This document shows positions 18,499-28,100 of a DNA stretch of 50,485 nucleotides, one piece after another. Origin of the DNA: a virus (taxonomy: Duplodnaviria > Caudoviricetes); the IMG/VR virus record IMGVR_UViG_3300037467_001076, positions 1 to 50,485 of that record; one strand, 5' to 3'. Both the position numbers and the translations under genes were made by a program. The notes beneath the pieces are model-generated. The model was not told the DNA's origin. It searched no databases and worked only from the letters and a program-made list of their open reading frames with translations. The first letter of the stretch is position 1. Each line of letters begins with the position of its first letter.

Positions 18499-18530
18499 GC
18501 GTTAGTTCCCCTCGTTCCGTGGCGAATTTG

Positions 18531-19004
18531 TCAATTCCCCTCGTGTCTGACTTTCCAGATGACGGCCATCGTTTGGGCTGACGTCTTCGTTGCGCTGATA
18601 ATCGCGTGTGCCCATACGTTTCCATCCTCGTCCTCAAGCGTTGCCTCCGTGTACGAGAGGTCGTTCGCCTCGCTTTGGGCGTAACTTACGATGAACTCCG
18701 AGTAGGTCGTCAGGAACGTGTCCTTCACGTCGACCGACTTGAGCGTGTCGTTCGCAGGCGTCCAGCACGACGTATCGGTCGCGAGGGGTTTCGTCTGAGG
18801 CGGTGTGGGAGCGCCTGTGCCGAGTCGAATGCGCGAAGGCGTCTTGACGTACTGATCGACCCACAACTTCGCTGCTGACGCGACCGCGTGGTTCGTCAGG
18901 CGATTCTTAAACGTCACTTCCGAAACTAAGCGACCAGCCTCGCGCACCTCGACAGTGACGAAGCCGGTCGCTCTTGCGTTATCCTCGTGAACTACGATTG
19001 CCAC
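18531..19004 (-). CDS. Tail/baseplate protein (tail-fibre N-terminal-like)
   Basis: N..TN, I.LGTG...P...DT, EAN...TEA.L, KT.....V.W; start GTG19004 or ATC18998. Confidence 0.6.
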   Translation of the reverse strand: MAIVVHEDNARATGFVTVEVREAGRLVSEVTFKNRLTNHAVASAAKLWVDQYVKTPSRIRLGTGAPTPPQTKPLATDTSCWTPANDTLKSVDVKDTFLTTYSEFIVSYAQSEANDLSYTEATLEDEDGNVWAHAIISATKTSAQTMAVIWKVRHEGN

Positions 19005-19240
19005 ACACCTCCGTAACCCCACGCCCAATTCGCATTCGTCGTAACGCCGCCGTCGCCCCACACGAACGTTGTCGGCGTGAAGTAGGCGACTTCGACCGTA
19101 TCGGACGTGGTGAGGCGTTCTGAGACGGGATAGAACGTGTCCTTGATGACGTTCGAGCCGTCGACGTCCTCGTCGGTCGCGTTGGTGCGACGGTCGAGGG
19201 CGGTGAGGAGTCCGATAAGCGTTTGCGTGCGAAAACTCAC
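18992..19240 (-). CDS. Small tail protein
   Basis: SD AAGGAG; WG..W aromatic C-terminus. Confidence 0.55.
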   Translation of the reverse strand: MSFRTQTLIGLLTALDRRTNATDEDVDGSNVIKDTFYPVSERLTTSDTVEVAYFTPTTFVWGDGGVTTNANWAWGYGGVWQS

Positions 19241-19255
19241 GTCGAACGCTCCTTC

Positions 19256-20584
19256 CTACGTGATCGTGTACGGCTTATCGGCGCACTCGACGTCATATCG
19301 AATCTGCGCGGGTCCGCCGTGATACGCCTGAATCCACGTCTTCTGAACGCGCCATACGAACCATAAGTCGTCGCCGACGAATGTACCGCCCATGCGCTTT
19401 GCGCTGATCGGTATGAACGATTGGCCGGCGAGCCAACCGCTTGTATACGAATGGAAGCGAGCGGCGATCGTCGGGAAGCCGTACTTGGTCGCGAGGAGTT
19501 GCAACTTCGACCGAATCGCAGGCTTCGTTGACTGCGTGAGCGCCTTATCGACTTCCGAGTATTCGTAAACGCCGCTCTCGGTCGCTTCGAGTTCGCGCAT
19601 GTACTCGACGCTCTCGTCGTCCTGGTCGCCTTGCGTACGGTCGATAAGCGGATAGGTCGTAAGTAAGATCTCAGCGCCTGCCGCTGGAGGCGATGCGAAG
19701 CGAATAAGGTGCTGCGTGAAGTGGATGTAGCAGACGCCCTCTTCGCCTCCTTGACCAGGAATCCCGTCGAGTACGTCGCGTTTGACCGCATACTCGGCGC
19801 CGCCGACCGTACACGTCACGTCGCCTGCCGCGCTTGACACGCGATAGCCGAGCGACCATTGGGTCGTCGTCCCGTCGCCTTGATAGCGGAATGTGAACGT
19901 CGTATCTGATCGCATCTTGAACCCGCGCAACGTGAAATGGTTGTAGACGTTCTCGGCGTCTTCCTCGATCTCCAGATCACCGTAGTTCGTCAGGTCGTCG
20001 TCGATGTCAAGCGTATTGTTCGGCAGAGGCGACTCAAGTTGTTCCAATGCATAAACGTGAAGTTTGCGATTGTAGTCGATGTACCATCCGTAGCCGATCT
20101 GATCGCAAATCGCCTTGATGCAGTTCGACGGTCGCTGGTACTCGTATCTCTGCGAAGGGACGACGATCGGAACGTTGATGTCGTCGGCGTCGAAGCCTTC
20201 GCAATACGTATTGACGATCTCGCGAATCGTCGTATCAGCACGTTGCTGTTGCGTCATCATCGTGACCAGGCGACGGTCGAACCAGCGCTGATACGATTGG
20301 GCCTCGCACTCGTAGACGAGCGTTGCGCCTTCGACTTTCTCGCGAACCCTCGTCAACACCCCACCAAATTCTCGTGCCGTTTCGGTACTAGTTGTGAGAT
20401 CGTAGCGTTGCCAAACGACTTCCATCCCTGCGCGTGGAGGTTCTACCTCGCCGTTTAGGTAAACTGTAAACGTCATCGAGTTTTGGTTCTTCTCCAATTG
20501 ATCGGTTGCTGTCGGCGGGTTCTGCGCAATATCGATGTATGGCGCATAATCCACGCCTCGAACGAGAAGTCGAAGGATTTCTAT
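19256..20584 (-). CDS. Tail hub / minor tail protein
   Basis: FGG.L, Y.WYIDY...LH, GDGTT pattern. SD GGGAGG points to ATA20584; alternative TTG20644. Confidence 0.7.
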   Translation of the reverse strand: MEILRLLVRGVDYAPYIDIAQNPPTATDQLEKNQNSMTFTVYLNGEVEPPRAGMEVVWQRYDLTTSTETAREFGGVLTRVREKVEGATLVYECEAQSYQRWFDRRLVTMMTQQQRADTTIREIVNTYCEGFDADDINVPIVVPSQRYEYQRPSNCIKAICDQIGYGWYIDYNRKLHVYALEQLESPLPNNTLDIDDDLTNYGDLEIEEDAENVYNHFTLRGFKMRSDTTFTFRYQGDGTTTQWSLGYRVSSAAGDVTCTVGGAEYAVKRDVLDGIPGQGGEEGVCYIHFTQHLIRFASPPAAGAEILLTTYPLIDRTQGDQDDESVEYMRELEATESGVYEYSEVDKALTQSTKPAIRSKLQLLATKYGFPTIAARFHSYTSGWLAGQSFIPISAKRMGGTFVGDDLWFVWRVQKTWIQAYHGGPAQIRYDVECADKPYTIT

Positions 20585-20644
20585 GGAAGCGTTCCTCCCT
20601 TCGATAGGCGACGAATCTCCGCTCAAAAACGAGCGGAGAGACAA

Positions 20645-21364
20645 TCAGGCTGGCATGCTAGAACGCCTACGTTTCGGTACTCCGTTCTCCCGCAGTATCT
20701 GGTAGAGGGTGCCAGCTGTGATGCCGAATTTGCCGATTATATCCCACACGGCGACTCCAGCCTTGTACTCGTCAACAATCTGTGAGATATACGGTCCAAA
20801 GGCATCATCACGTATCTTCTTTTGCTTCCACGTCCTCCCAATGCACTGAAGTTCTATTCCAGCCTCCGCAAGTGCTTTGGAGATGGTAGCAGTACCGACG
20901 CGCAAGGTCTTCTGTATCGCGTGGAATCCGTTTCCCTCACGATACAGTTCGACAATCTTTGGAAACATCTCAGCCATACGAGGAGCGTACCGCTTATGCA
21001 GTCGCTCCGAGCGGCGTGCCCGTTCGTCCTCACTCACTCGGTAGGACGTGCCGTCAACAATATCGACGGCGTTCGTTAAGTGCCAACCCTGCAAACGACC
21101 CCAAGCGATCCACCACATCTCCTGCGTATCGGCGTCTCCGCCGGGCGGAACGACTTCGAGAATTTCAAGATCCGGTTCTAGCCCGTCAGCCAGGAGAGAA
21201 CGAATCCATCGCTCCTTATACGTAGTTGCTTTCGACTTCGACGAGCGAATGTGGTCAGGCAGACGCCGCTTGATGTCTTTTGACTGACCGACGTACCGCC
21301 GCTCTCTCGTGTACGGATGAACTAGCGCATAAATCGCTACTTCGTCGTGATGGATGTGCGTCAC
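20645..21364 (-). CDS. Free-standing GIY-YIG homing endonuclease with C-terminal HTH repeats
   Basis: IYAL..P....RYVGQS....RR...H, WIRSL, E.WWI, LTN; two HTH-like repeats. Probable start GTG21364. Confidence 0.82.
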   Translation of the reverse strand: MTHIHHDEVAIYALVHPYTRERRYVGQSKDIKRRLPDHIRSSKSKATTYKERWIRSLLADGLEPDLEILEVVPPGGDADTQEMWWIAWGRLQGWHLTNAVDIVDGTSYRVSEDERARRSERLHKRYAPRMAEMFPKIVELYREGNGFHAIQKTLRVGTATISKALAEAGIELQCIGRTWKQKKIRDDAFGPYISQIVDEYKAGVAVWDIIGKFGITAGTLYQILRENGVPKRRRSSMPA

Positions 21365-21399
21365 CGTGCTGCCACGCTCCCGCGCTTCGTTTAGAAACG

Positions 21400-21431
21400 A
21401 CAAAGGCGCCTCCCATCGCAGGAGACGCCCG
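21400..21431 (-). terminator. Terminator-like hairpin
   Basis: GGGCGTCTCC-TGCGAT-GGGAGGCGCC-TTT on the minus strand. Confidence 0.5.
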
Positions 21432-21595
21432 TAACGTTTATGGGACGAATGTCCTATTGAAACGAATATTGATCGTGTGATACGATGAATACGCCACACC
21501 GATGTTGCAAGCGGGAGTGTGGCGTATCGAGCGACTTGGCGTTTAGGCGTCAGGTCGCTCTTTGCGTTTAGCCGTGACCCGCACTCACGGCATCG

Positions 21596-21877
21596 TCAGG
21601 AACGCAGTAGTACCGGCGTCGTCGCGACTGGCGTTAAAACCGCTTGAGCGAGCAAGAACGTCTCGGCCTTGCACATGGCGATATGCTCGTCCTGCGTGAC
21701 GGGCGCTTCCTCTCGCCCCCATCGCTTGCGGTAGACGGTATCGGGGAGGACCGCCTTCGGGTCAGCGTTCAGCATCGCCTCAATCGCTTCCCACGTCACG
21801 CCGCTCGTCTCGGGGTCCATGACGAGGACGCGGTAGGCGTTACGGTCGCAGTCGTCGTACCAGCGAGTCTCTAACAT
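21596..21877 (-). CDS. Hypothetical protein, possible fibre chaperone
   Basis: SD AAGGAGG; directly follows the fibre-like gene. Confidence 0.6.
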   Translation of the reverse strand: MLETRWYDDCDRNAYRVLVMDPETSGVTWEAIEAMLNADPKAVLPDTVYRKRWGREEAPVTQDEHIAMCKAETFLLAQAVLTPVATTPVLLRS

Positions 21878-21893
21878 CGTGTGTATCGCCTCC

Positions 21894-23243
21894 TTAGACG
21901 CTCAGGGCATAGCCGATAGAGTACGTGTAGGATGAACCATCGCCAGCCGTGACCTCCACGCGCCAAGTGCGCGGTAGACGCAAAGAGGTAGCTTGCGCCA
22001 CGTTGCCACCTGCGACCGACGGCGACAACGCGAATTGGTAGCTACCCGTCGCCGTAATCGCCGTCGGCGCCACGTTGAGATAACGGTAGAGCCCGGTTGC
22101 GGGGTCTTTGCCTGCGATTCGCACCGTCAAACCGCCTGTGCCGCTTGCCGCCGTGACGTTCACGTACAGGAGAACGCCGCAATGGTTGTAATTCGTCTGA
22201 TCGGGGCTAACCGTCGTCGCCGTCCTCGCCGCAGACGCGAGGAGCGTTCCCTCGGTGTTGTTGCGCCAGCGGTCCCACGTTGCGCCGTTGTAGGCGTAGT
22301 TGCCTGCGACAACCGCTAAACCCATGTCCGTGCCCGTAATACCATCCGCTCTATCGGTGAACCGCACTAAGTCAAACGCTTGAAGCGTGCCGAGGAACTT
22401 CCCGCCGACCTGCAACGCCTTAGTCGGAGGAGTCGAACCTGTCGCGCCCTCCACGTTTGTAGCCGATACGAACAACGCCTTGTTCGCGTCCACCTTGAGC
22501 GCCTGAGCGTTGGTGCCGTCCGTAGCGCCTAGCATGAGGAACTTCGCCGGTGCCGTTTGCCCTGCCGCCCCCTCGACTGTTGGCAACGTCGCAATCAGCC
22601 GATTGGCGCTGTCCAGCGTAAGGGCGTACAGGTTGCCGCTGTTGACGCCGCCCACCTGCACGATCTTGGACGGGACTGCGGCACCGCTCGCGGCACTCGC
22701 CTGCAACGTCACATTCGCGGGGTTGGCGGCGGTGAACAGTTCGGTGCCGCTACCGTCCACGTTCTTCACGCCGTTAGCGGTCTGGTCGATGCCCGTCTTA
22801 CCGATGATGTTCGTACCTGCGGGGATGGGCGACACGATCGTGGTGTTCGTCGCAACGGTCCCGCTTACCGCCTGAGTCGCGGGGAAGTTCGACACGCTCA
22901 CGCTTCCGTCGATGGTCGTCGTCGAGGGCAGATTGCCCACGTTGACCGTGCCGCTGACCGTGAGCGTGTCGCCTAGCCGCGTGTAAATCGCCTCTAACTT
23001 TGCCCACACGCCTTTGAGCAACGACACGAGCGACCAGGACGATGTACTGTCGCTTGCAGCCGCGTCAGTCGTCGCGCCCAACGCCTCGTTCGCGCCATCC
23101 TCGACTCGAACGTTCTGTGCGCCGCCATCGCCCTGGATCGCTTCAAACGCGTCCGTCGCAGGGTTGTAGTATTGCGGGATGGGCGACTGTCCCATAGGAA
23201 TCGTCTGATTCGTCGTCTGTAACGGCTTGTCATTCGCACTCAA
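21894..23243 (-). CDS. Tail fibre/spike-like structural protein
   Basis: PIPQYY N-terminus, VSGTV/VSNFPATQ repeats, GATWDRWR, C-terminal beta-sandwich; TTG23243 after GAGGCGGTG. Confidence 0.65.
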   Translation of the reverse strand: MSANDKPLQTTNQTIPMGQSPIPQYYNPATDAFEAIQGDGGAQNVRVEDGANEALGATTDAAASDSTSSWSLVSLLKGVWAKLEAIYTRLGDTLTVSGTVNVGNLPSTTTIDGSVSVSNFPATQAVSGTVATNTTIVSPIPAGTNIIGKTGIDQTANGVKNVDGSGTELFTAANPANVTLQASAASGAAVPSKIVQVGGVNSGNLYALTLDSANRLIATLPTVEGAAGQTAPAKFLMLGATDGTNAQALKVDANKALFVSATNVEGATGSTPPTKALQVGGKFLGTLQAFDLVRFTDRADGITGTDMGLAVVAGNYAYNGATWDRWRNNTEGTLLASAARTATTVSPDQTNYNHCGVLLYVNVTAASGTGGLTVRIAGKDPATGLYRYLNVAPTAITATGSYQFALSPSVAGGNVAQATSLRLPRTWRVEVTAGDGSSYTYSIGYALSV

Positions 23244-23250
23244 TCGTCCA

Positions 23251-23583
23251 TCACCGCCTCGCGCCGTTCTTGATTTCGATGGAAACGTAGGACTGCGACG
23301 GGAACGTCTCGAAGCGTCCATCTGCGTGGGTCACGCGGAACTCGCCGAGATAATCGCCGACCGTCGCAACATCGGCGTCTTCCCAGACGTACCAGACTTC
23401 GCCGGTCGTCGGATCAGGCGAATAGACGCTTCCGCCGTCGACCTTCATCGCACCACCCGACTTCGCACGCATATAAAAAAGAACGGTCGCGCCCGTCAAA
23501 TCGACAGGCGTGCCGTTCCGCTCTAGAATCGCCTTCAGCGCTACCTTCGTATCGCCGCGCTTAATCGTATAATCTGCCGTCAT
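23251..23583 (-). CDS. BppU-like baseplate upper protein N-terminal domain
   Basis: IKRGDT...DLTGATV.F....G.V.Y.W...D....G.Y..EF.V...DG..ETFP. Confidence 0.78.
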   Translation of the reverse strand: MTADYTIKRGDTKVALKAILERNGTPVDLTGATVLFYMRAKSGGAMKVDGGSVYSPDPTTGEVWYVWEDADVATVGDYLGEFRVTHADGRFETFPSQSYVSIEIKNGARR

Positions 23584-23762
23584 CTAGTCGCCTCCCGCAC
23601 GACTCGTAGCGTCTGTAGCGACGTCAACCAATAGTGGACCGTCTCAATCGATATCGCGCTTACCGTGACAGTCGTCTCGTACGTCGTGACCATCGCAACC
23701 GTCTCGTAGGACGTGACTGTTGCAGTCGTCGTGTAAGGCGTGACGGAAACGGTGTTGCTCAT
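23580..23762 (-). CDS. Small T/V-rich repeat protein
   Basis: SD AGGAG; three 9-aa VTxYxT repeats. Confidence 0.5.
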   Translation of the reverse strand: MSNTVSVTPYTTTATVTSYETVAMVTTYETTVTVSAISIETVHYWLTSLQTLRVVREATR

Positions 23763-23777
23763 CGTTCATCGCTCCTA

Positions 23778-23814
23778 ACGAAAAGGGGCGACGTACTACA
23801 CGCCACCCCTTCGT
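23778..23814 (-). terminator. Terminator-like hairpin after the tape measure gene
   Basis: GAAGGGG...CCCCTTTTCG on the minus strand. Confidence 0.5.
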
Positions 23815-23818
23815 CTTA

Positions 23819-26443
23819 TTACGCCTGGACGACACTGACCGCCCGACCGACAGCCTGCGCTAGTTTCTCGATGTCGTCGCCTCGACCACCTTGATACGTG
23901 ACGTAGACGTTGATCGGACGCGACCCGCCGCCTCCAACGCGTGGAGTCAGCGACGGCGCGGCGACACCGCCCGTCATGCCGACGTTCATGTCGAGCGCCA
24001 AACCGTTGACTGCGGCTTGGAGGCGAGAACGGTTCGCGTTGATTCCATCGACGAACATGTCGATCATGTTCGGCATCCACGTATCGGAGTCGCTGGCCGG
24101 TCCTTCCTTCGTCGGCGAATGGAAGCCGAGCTTCGACGTGATCGCGTTTCCGATTGAGTCCAACGCTGATCCGAGCAAGCCGCGACCCGATAGCAAGCCG
24201 TCTGCGAACATCGACATAGCGTTGAGTGCCCATTCCCTGAACTTCGCAGGAAGCGCCTCAAACCACGCCTTCATCTGCGTATAGATCACGTCGAGCCCCT
24301 GCATGATTAGGTCGAGGTTGAGCGAATCAACAAGCGCCTTCCACGCCTCGCGGAAGATCAGTACAAGAACGTCCCAATTCGCCTTCACCATCGTCTTGAT
24401 GCCTTCCCACGCCGCGTCCCAATCGCCTGCCATAACCGCGAGGAACGTCTTAACGAGTCCACCGATGAACTCGAACGTAGCCGAGAAAATGCCCTTGATG
24501 ATGTTCCAAGCGCCCTCGACGGCGGGACCGAGAATGTCGACCAGGAATCGAATGAACGCCTCTAACGCGGGCTTGACGTTCGCCCACGCCTTTTCAGCGA
24601 TTGGAGCGATGTCTTCCAGCCACGCCTTGATCGACTCATACGCGCCGCCGAACGTCGCGACGATCTCGCCCCAGATCGCGTTCATCACATCGCGAAGTCC
24701 GCCGAAGTTCGTTTGATACGCCTCGTAGAGCAAGACGCCTGCGGCGACAATCGCTGCGATGATCGCGACGACGGGCGCGGCAGCAGCGACGAGAGCGCCA
24801 AGCGACGTGCCTGCGATCGCAAGACCGATCTGCATAAGCGCAAACGACGTGACCGCCGCGCCGATGACGCCGACGAGTCCAGCGATTGCGGCGGTAAACG
24901 CGAGGGCGACGGCGATCGCCTGCTTGACGCGCGGATCGAGATTGCCGAACCATTCGCTGAGAGGCGAGAGAATGTTCGTCAGAGCGTCTTTAATCATCGG
25001 CAACAGACCGTCGCCGAGTTGTTTCTTCGCGTTGTCGACGTTTTCCGTGAAGACCTGCCACTCGCCCGCGCCCGTCTTCAGCCAGTCGTTCGCCTTCGCC
25101 TGAGCCGTTCCGGTCGCGTTGATCGCTTCCGACAACGCCTTGAACTTCTCGGGCGATTCACCCGCGATCTTCATGAGCGACTGCATCGCGTACTGACCGA
25201 AGATCGCGTGCATCGTCTGCGCCTGTTCTGCATCGCTGAGATCGTTCGTCGATTCGTAGAGGAGACGCTGGATCTCGGTCATCGACTTCAAGTTGCCCTG
25301 CGCATCGACGAACATGTTCGAACCCATGCCCATCTTCTGCGACAACTTCGCGATCGCGTCTGCCGCTTCATCGGTCGGAGCGAGGAGTGACGTGAACATG
25401 CGACGAAGCGCCGTACCCGCCTGCGAACCGCGAATGCCAGAACGATAGAGGATGTCGATCCAGACCGACGCGTCCTCGAACGACTGGCCGAACTCCGACG
25501 CGATCGGCAGCACGTACTTGAACGTGTCGCCCATCGTGTGCAGTTCTGCACCCGTCGTCTGCGACAGGTTCGTGATCGTATCGGTCACGCGCTCCATCGC
25601 CTTGTTCATGTCGCCGTCGAACATCGTCGAGAGTTCGTCGCCCATCGCATGAATGACGCCCGTCATCACCTGTGCGGCAGGCTTCCAGTCCTCGTTCGTC
25701 GCCTGGGCGAGATTGGCGACTGCCTGAATCGCGCCGTCGAGCATCGTTTCCGAGTCGATGCCGTTCTGAGCGAGGTAGGCGACAAGGCTCGCCATGTCGG
25801 ACTCGTTGAACTTCGTCTGCAAGGCGACTTCCGTCGACTTCTTCGCGAGCATGTCGAGGACTGCCGCGAGCTGATCGCCTGAGCGAGCCGTGTCGCTCCA
25901 ATCGACGGCTACGTCCTTGTTAATCATGAGCGCGTGCTTGACGTTGAGCATCGCTTCCTCGAAGTCCATCGACTTTGCGACGCCTTCGCCTAGCAACTCG
26001 AACAATGCCTTCGAGAACTCGGTCAGCTTGTCAAACGCTTGGTGGAGGTTCTGAAGCGCAAACTGGCGATTGAGCAGTTCTATCGACGGGTCGAGTTCCT
26101 TTACTGCGACGTTGGCGTCGAGTACGCGACCGGCGAACGTCGCCAAGTCGCCTGAAGCGACCTGCGATGCGTGCGGTATATCGACACCAAGCGTCTTGCC
26201 GAGTTTCGTCGCCATCTCGTTGTAGAGACGTTCGGCTTCGCTTCGCGTCAGTTCGATCGATCGCTTGATTCCCTCGAACGGGTCGTTGGTCTTCGATTGC
26301 GCAGGCATGTTCATGCCCTTGCCAAGTGCCTGACCGATTTGTGCGCCGGCGTTCTGCGCCTGCTGAATCAGCGACGAAAAGGCGGTGCCGTTCTTGGCGA
26401 CCGCCTCGATGACTAATCGTAGTTTCGCTTCAGCGTTAGCTAT
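23819..26443 (-). CDS. Tail tape measure protein (TP901-type)
   Basis: GIRGSQAGTALR, F.DAQGN.K, IFG, W/F 11-residue periodic region, LGFHSP. The frame is open back to ATA26443 (ANAEAKLRLVIEAV). Confidence 0.92.
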   Translation of the reverse strand: MANAEAKLRLVIEAVAKNGTAFSSLIQQAQNAGAQIGQALGKGMNMPAQSKTNDPFEGIKRSIELTRSEAERLYNEMATKLGKTLGVDIPHASQVASGDLATFAGRVLDANVAVKELDPSIELLNRQFALQNLHQAFDKLTEFSKALFELLGEGVAKSMDFEEAMLNVKHALMINKDVAVDWSDTARSGDQLAAVLDMLAKKSTEVALQTKFNESDMASLVAYLAQNGIDSETMLDGAIQAVANLAQATNEDWKPAAQVMTGVIHAMGDELSTMFDGDMNKAMERVTDTITNLSQTTGAELHTMGDTFKYVLPIASEFGQSFEDASVWIDILYRSGIRGSQAGTALRRMFTSLLAPTDEAADAIAKLSQKMGMGSNMFVDAQGNLKSMTEIQRLLYESTNDLSDAEQAQTMHAIFGQYAMQSLMKIAGESPEKFKALSEAINATGTAQAKANDWLKTGAGEWQVFTENVDNAKKQLGDGLLPMIKDALTNILSPLSEWFGNLDPRVKQAIAVALAFTAAIAGLVGVIGAAVTSFALMQIGLAIAGTSLGALVAAAAPVVAIIAAIVAAGVLLYEAYQTNFGGLRDVMNAIWGEIVATFGGAYESIKAWLEDIAPIAEKAWANVKPALEAFIRFLVDILGPAVEGAWNIIKGIFSATFEFIGGLVKTFLAVMAGDWDAAWEGIKTMVKANWDVLVLIFREAWKALVDSLNLDLIMQGLDVIYTQMKAWFEALPAKFREWALNAMSMFADGLLSGRGLLGSALDSIGNAITSKLGFHSPTKEGPASDSDTWMPNMIDMFVDGINANRSRLQAAVNGLALDMNVGMTGGVAAPSLTPRVGGGGSRPINVYVTYQGGRGDDIEKLAQAVGRAVSVVQA

Positions 26444-26458
26444 CGAACTGCACCGCCT

Positions 26459-26662
26459 TTACTTCGACTTGTTGCGTCTCTCAGCGTCCTTACGCTCGGC
26501 GTTGATGAACGCCAGCGTCAACTCGACCTTCTCGGTCGGTTGTTCGTTGAGTTGCGTGTACGTCCACCCCATCTCGCGGCAGAGCGTAAACTCGATGTAC
26601 TCGGGCGGGACGTTCTTCGAATAACCGCGCAGATGCGACTCTACGCGGTCTACGACTTTTTT
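26459..26662 (-). CDS. Tail assembly chaperone GT extension via -1 frameshift
   Basis: Slippery A AAA AAG (26656-26662) lies just before the stop of 26650-26991; the -1 frame reads VVDRVESH...LCREMGWTYTQLNEQP...KSK*. Confidence 0.75.
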   Translation of the reverse strand, partial: KKVVDRVESHLRGYSKNVPPEYIEFTLCREMGWTYTQLNEQPTEKVELTLAFINAERKDAERRNKSK

Positions 26663-26991
26663 GCGACCTTACCCGCCTGCGACTGCAACTCGCCCCACCG
26701 ATTGATGACGGCAACAACCGCCTCAGTCGGGAACTTCTCGACGGTCGCTTCGTCGAGGTTTGCCAGGTCGATCGGCTTGTCGTCCCAATCGTGGATCAGA
26801 CCGCCCTTGACGAGAGCAACGCAGAGGGCGGAAGCCAACGACATGTTCGCGAGTTCGTCGCCCTTCTTCGCCTTCTCAGCGAGTCCAGCGAGCTTCTGCG
26901 ATAGACCCCACGGAAGCGACTTCGGATTACGGATCAACAAAAAATGATCTGCGCCGAGTTCGGGCAGATCGATTCGGACTTCGTTATTCAT
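26650..26991 (-). CDS. Tail assembly chaperone G
   Basis: Position between tail tube and tape measure genes; slippery site at its end. Confidence 0.78.
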   Translation of the reverse strand: MNNEVRIDLPELGADHFLLIRNPKSLPWGLSQKLAGLAEKAKKGDELANMSLASALCVALVKGGLIHDWDDKPIDLANLDEATVEKFPTEAVVAVINRWGELQSQAGKVAKKS

Positions 26992-27005
26992 CGTTCAGTC
27001 CTCGC

Positions 27006-27923
27006 TTAGTACGTGGTAGTCGTGTTCTTGAGCGTCACGGCGACGGGGCCAGCGTCGGTCGCGTTGTACGTCCCGCGCACTTCCCAATCGACGCGAAGCG
27101 AAACGTCGCCGTCGTCGAACGACGCCTTCTCGATGAAGGCGCGGGTCATCGTAACGACGAGCGAGTTCGACGCAGACGTTCCGAGCGTGAGGACCAGCGT
27201 CTTGTACGCCTGAGCGTCGTACATCGCATACTCCGTGTTGCCCTCGACGTCAAACGTGAGCTTGCCGGTGACTTCGACCGCGCCCTGCGCCGCCTTCGAC
27301 GGGTTCTGCGTGGCGTTCGCACCGAAGATCAACTTGTTCTCGCGCTTGATCGTGACCTCGAACCCGAACAGGTTCGTGTTGGCCGCGCCGTCGATGGTAA
27401 GCGAGCAGTTCACGCCCGTAATCTCGCTCAATGTCGAGGAGATCGCAGGAGTCGAGTTGGCGACGATCGTGCCGCTCTTGCCCTGCGCCTTCCACGAGAC
27501 GGTAACGATGCCTTCGGCGTCGCCCTTCAGCGTCAACTCGTCGATGACGAAGCCGGCGTACTGGCGCTCGTCAGAGCCGTTGAAATGCTGGAAGGTAAGC
27601 GATCGCTGCGTCTCACTCGCCTTGAAGACGTGCGTGTACGGCGATGTGCCGCTGGTCGCACGAGTCGTCAGAAGCGCGTTGAGAATGTGGCCGATCTCGT
27701 TCGTGTACAGATTGCCTTCAACGTCGATCGTCGCGGACTTCGTCGTCGGAATGACGGCGTAGTCCTTCGTGATGTGACCGCGCTTGCCGTTGTCAACGAC
27801 AGTGTTCGTGACGTTGTCGGGCTTGGCGCTGTCAAACGGATACCAGACGGTCGGAGCGACGCCTGTGCCCCACGTCGTCTCCTTCGCGAAACCGAGATAC
27901 GCGAGCTGATTCAGCTTCGGCAT
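27006..27923 (-). CDS. Major tail (tube) protein
   Basis: LGFAKETTWGT, YTH.F, SLT, G..IDEL.L, EVTGKLT; no sheath gene is present, consistent with a siphovirus. Confidence 0.85.
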   Translation of the reverse strand: MPKLNQLAYLGFAKETTWGTGVAPTVWYPFDSAKPDNVTNTVVDNGKRGHITKDYAVIPTTKSATIDVEGNLYTNEIGHILNALLTTRATSGTSPYTHVFKASETQRSLTFQHFNGSDERQYAGFVIDELTLKGDAEGIVTVSWKAQGKSGTIVANSTPAISSTLSEITGVNCSLTIDGAANTNLFGFEVTIKRENKLIFGANATQNPSKAAQGAVEVTGKLTFDVEGNTEYAMYDAQAYKTLVLTLGTSASNSLVVTMTRAFIEKASFDDGDVSLRVDWEVRGTYNATDAGPVAVTLKNTTTTY

Positions 27924-28087
27924 TACTCGCTGTCACTCTCCTTAGCGTTCTTCTTCGATGCTGGAACGTCGGTGAACAGCGCGTTAGAAAAAGAATCGCC
28001 GACCTCGATCTCCTCGCCTGGTTGGACGAGAATACCGAGAGTCGGCAGATCGACGGCGACGTCGCCGTTATAGCGGACCTTCTTCGT
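27923..28087 (-). CDS. Small structural protein (KKVRYNGD...VQPGEEIEV)
   Basis: SD AAGGAGG + 8 nt + ACG28087; no conventional start in the N-terminal region. Confidence 0.55.
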   Translation of the reverse strand, partial: TKKVRYNGDVAVDLPTLGILVQPGEEIEVGDSFSNALFTDVPASKKNAKESDSE

Positions 28088-28100
28088 TGTGAACGCCTCC

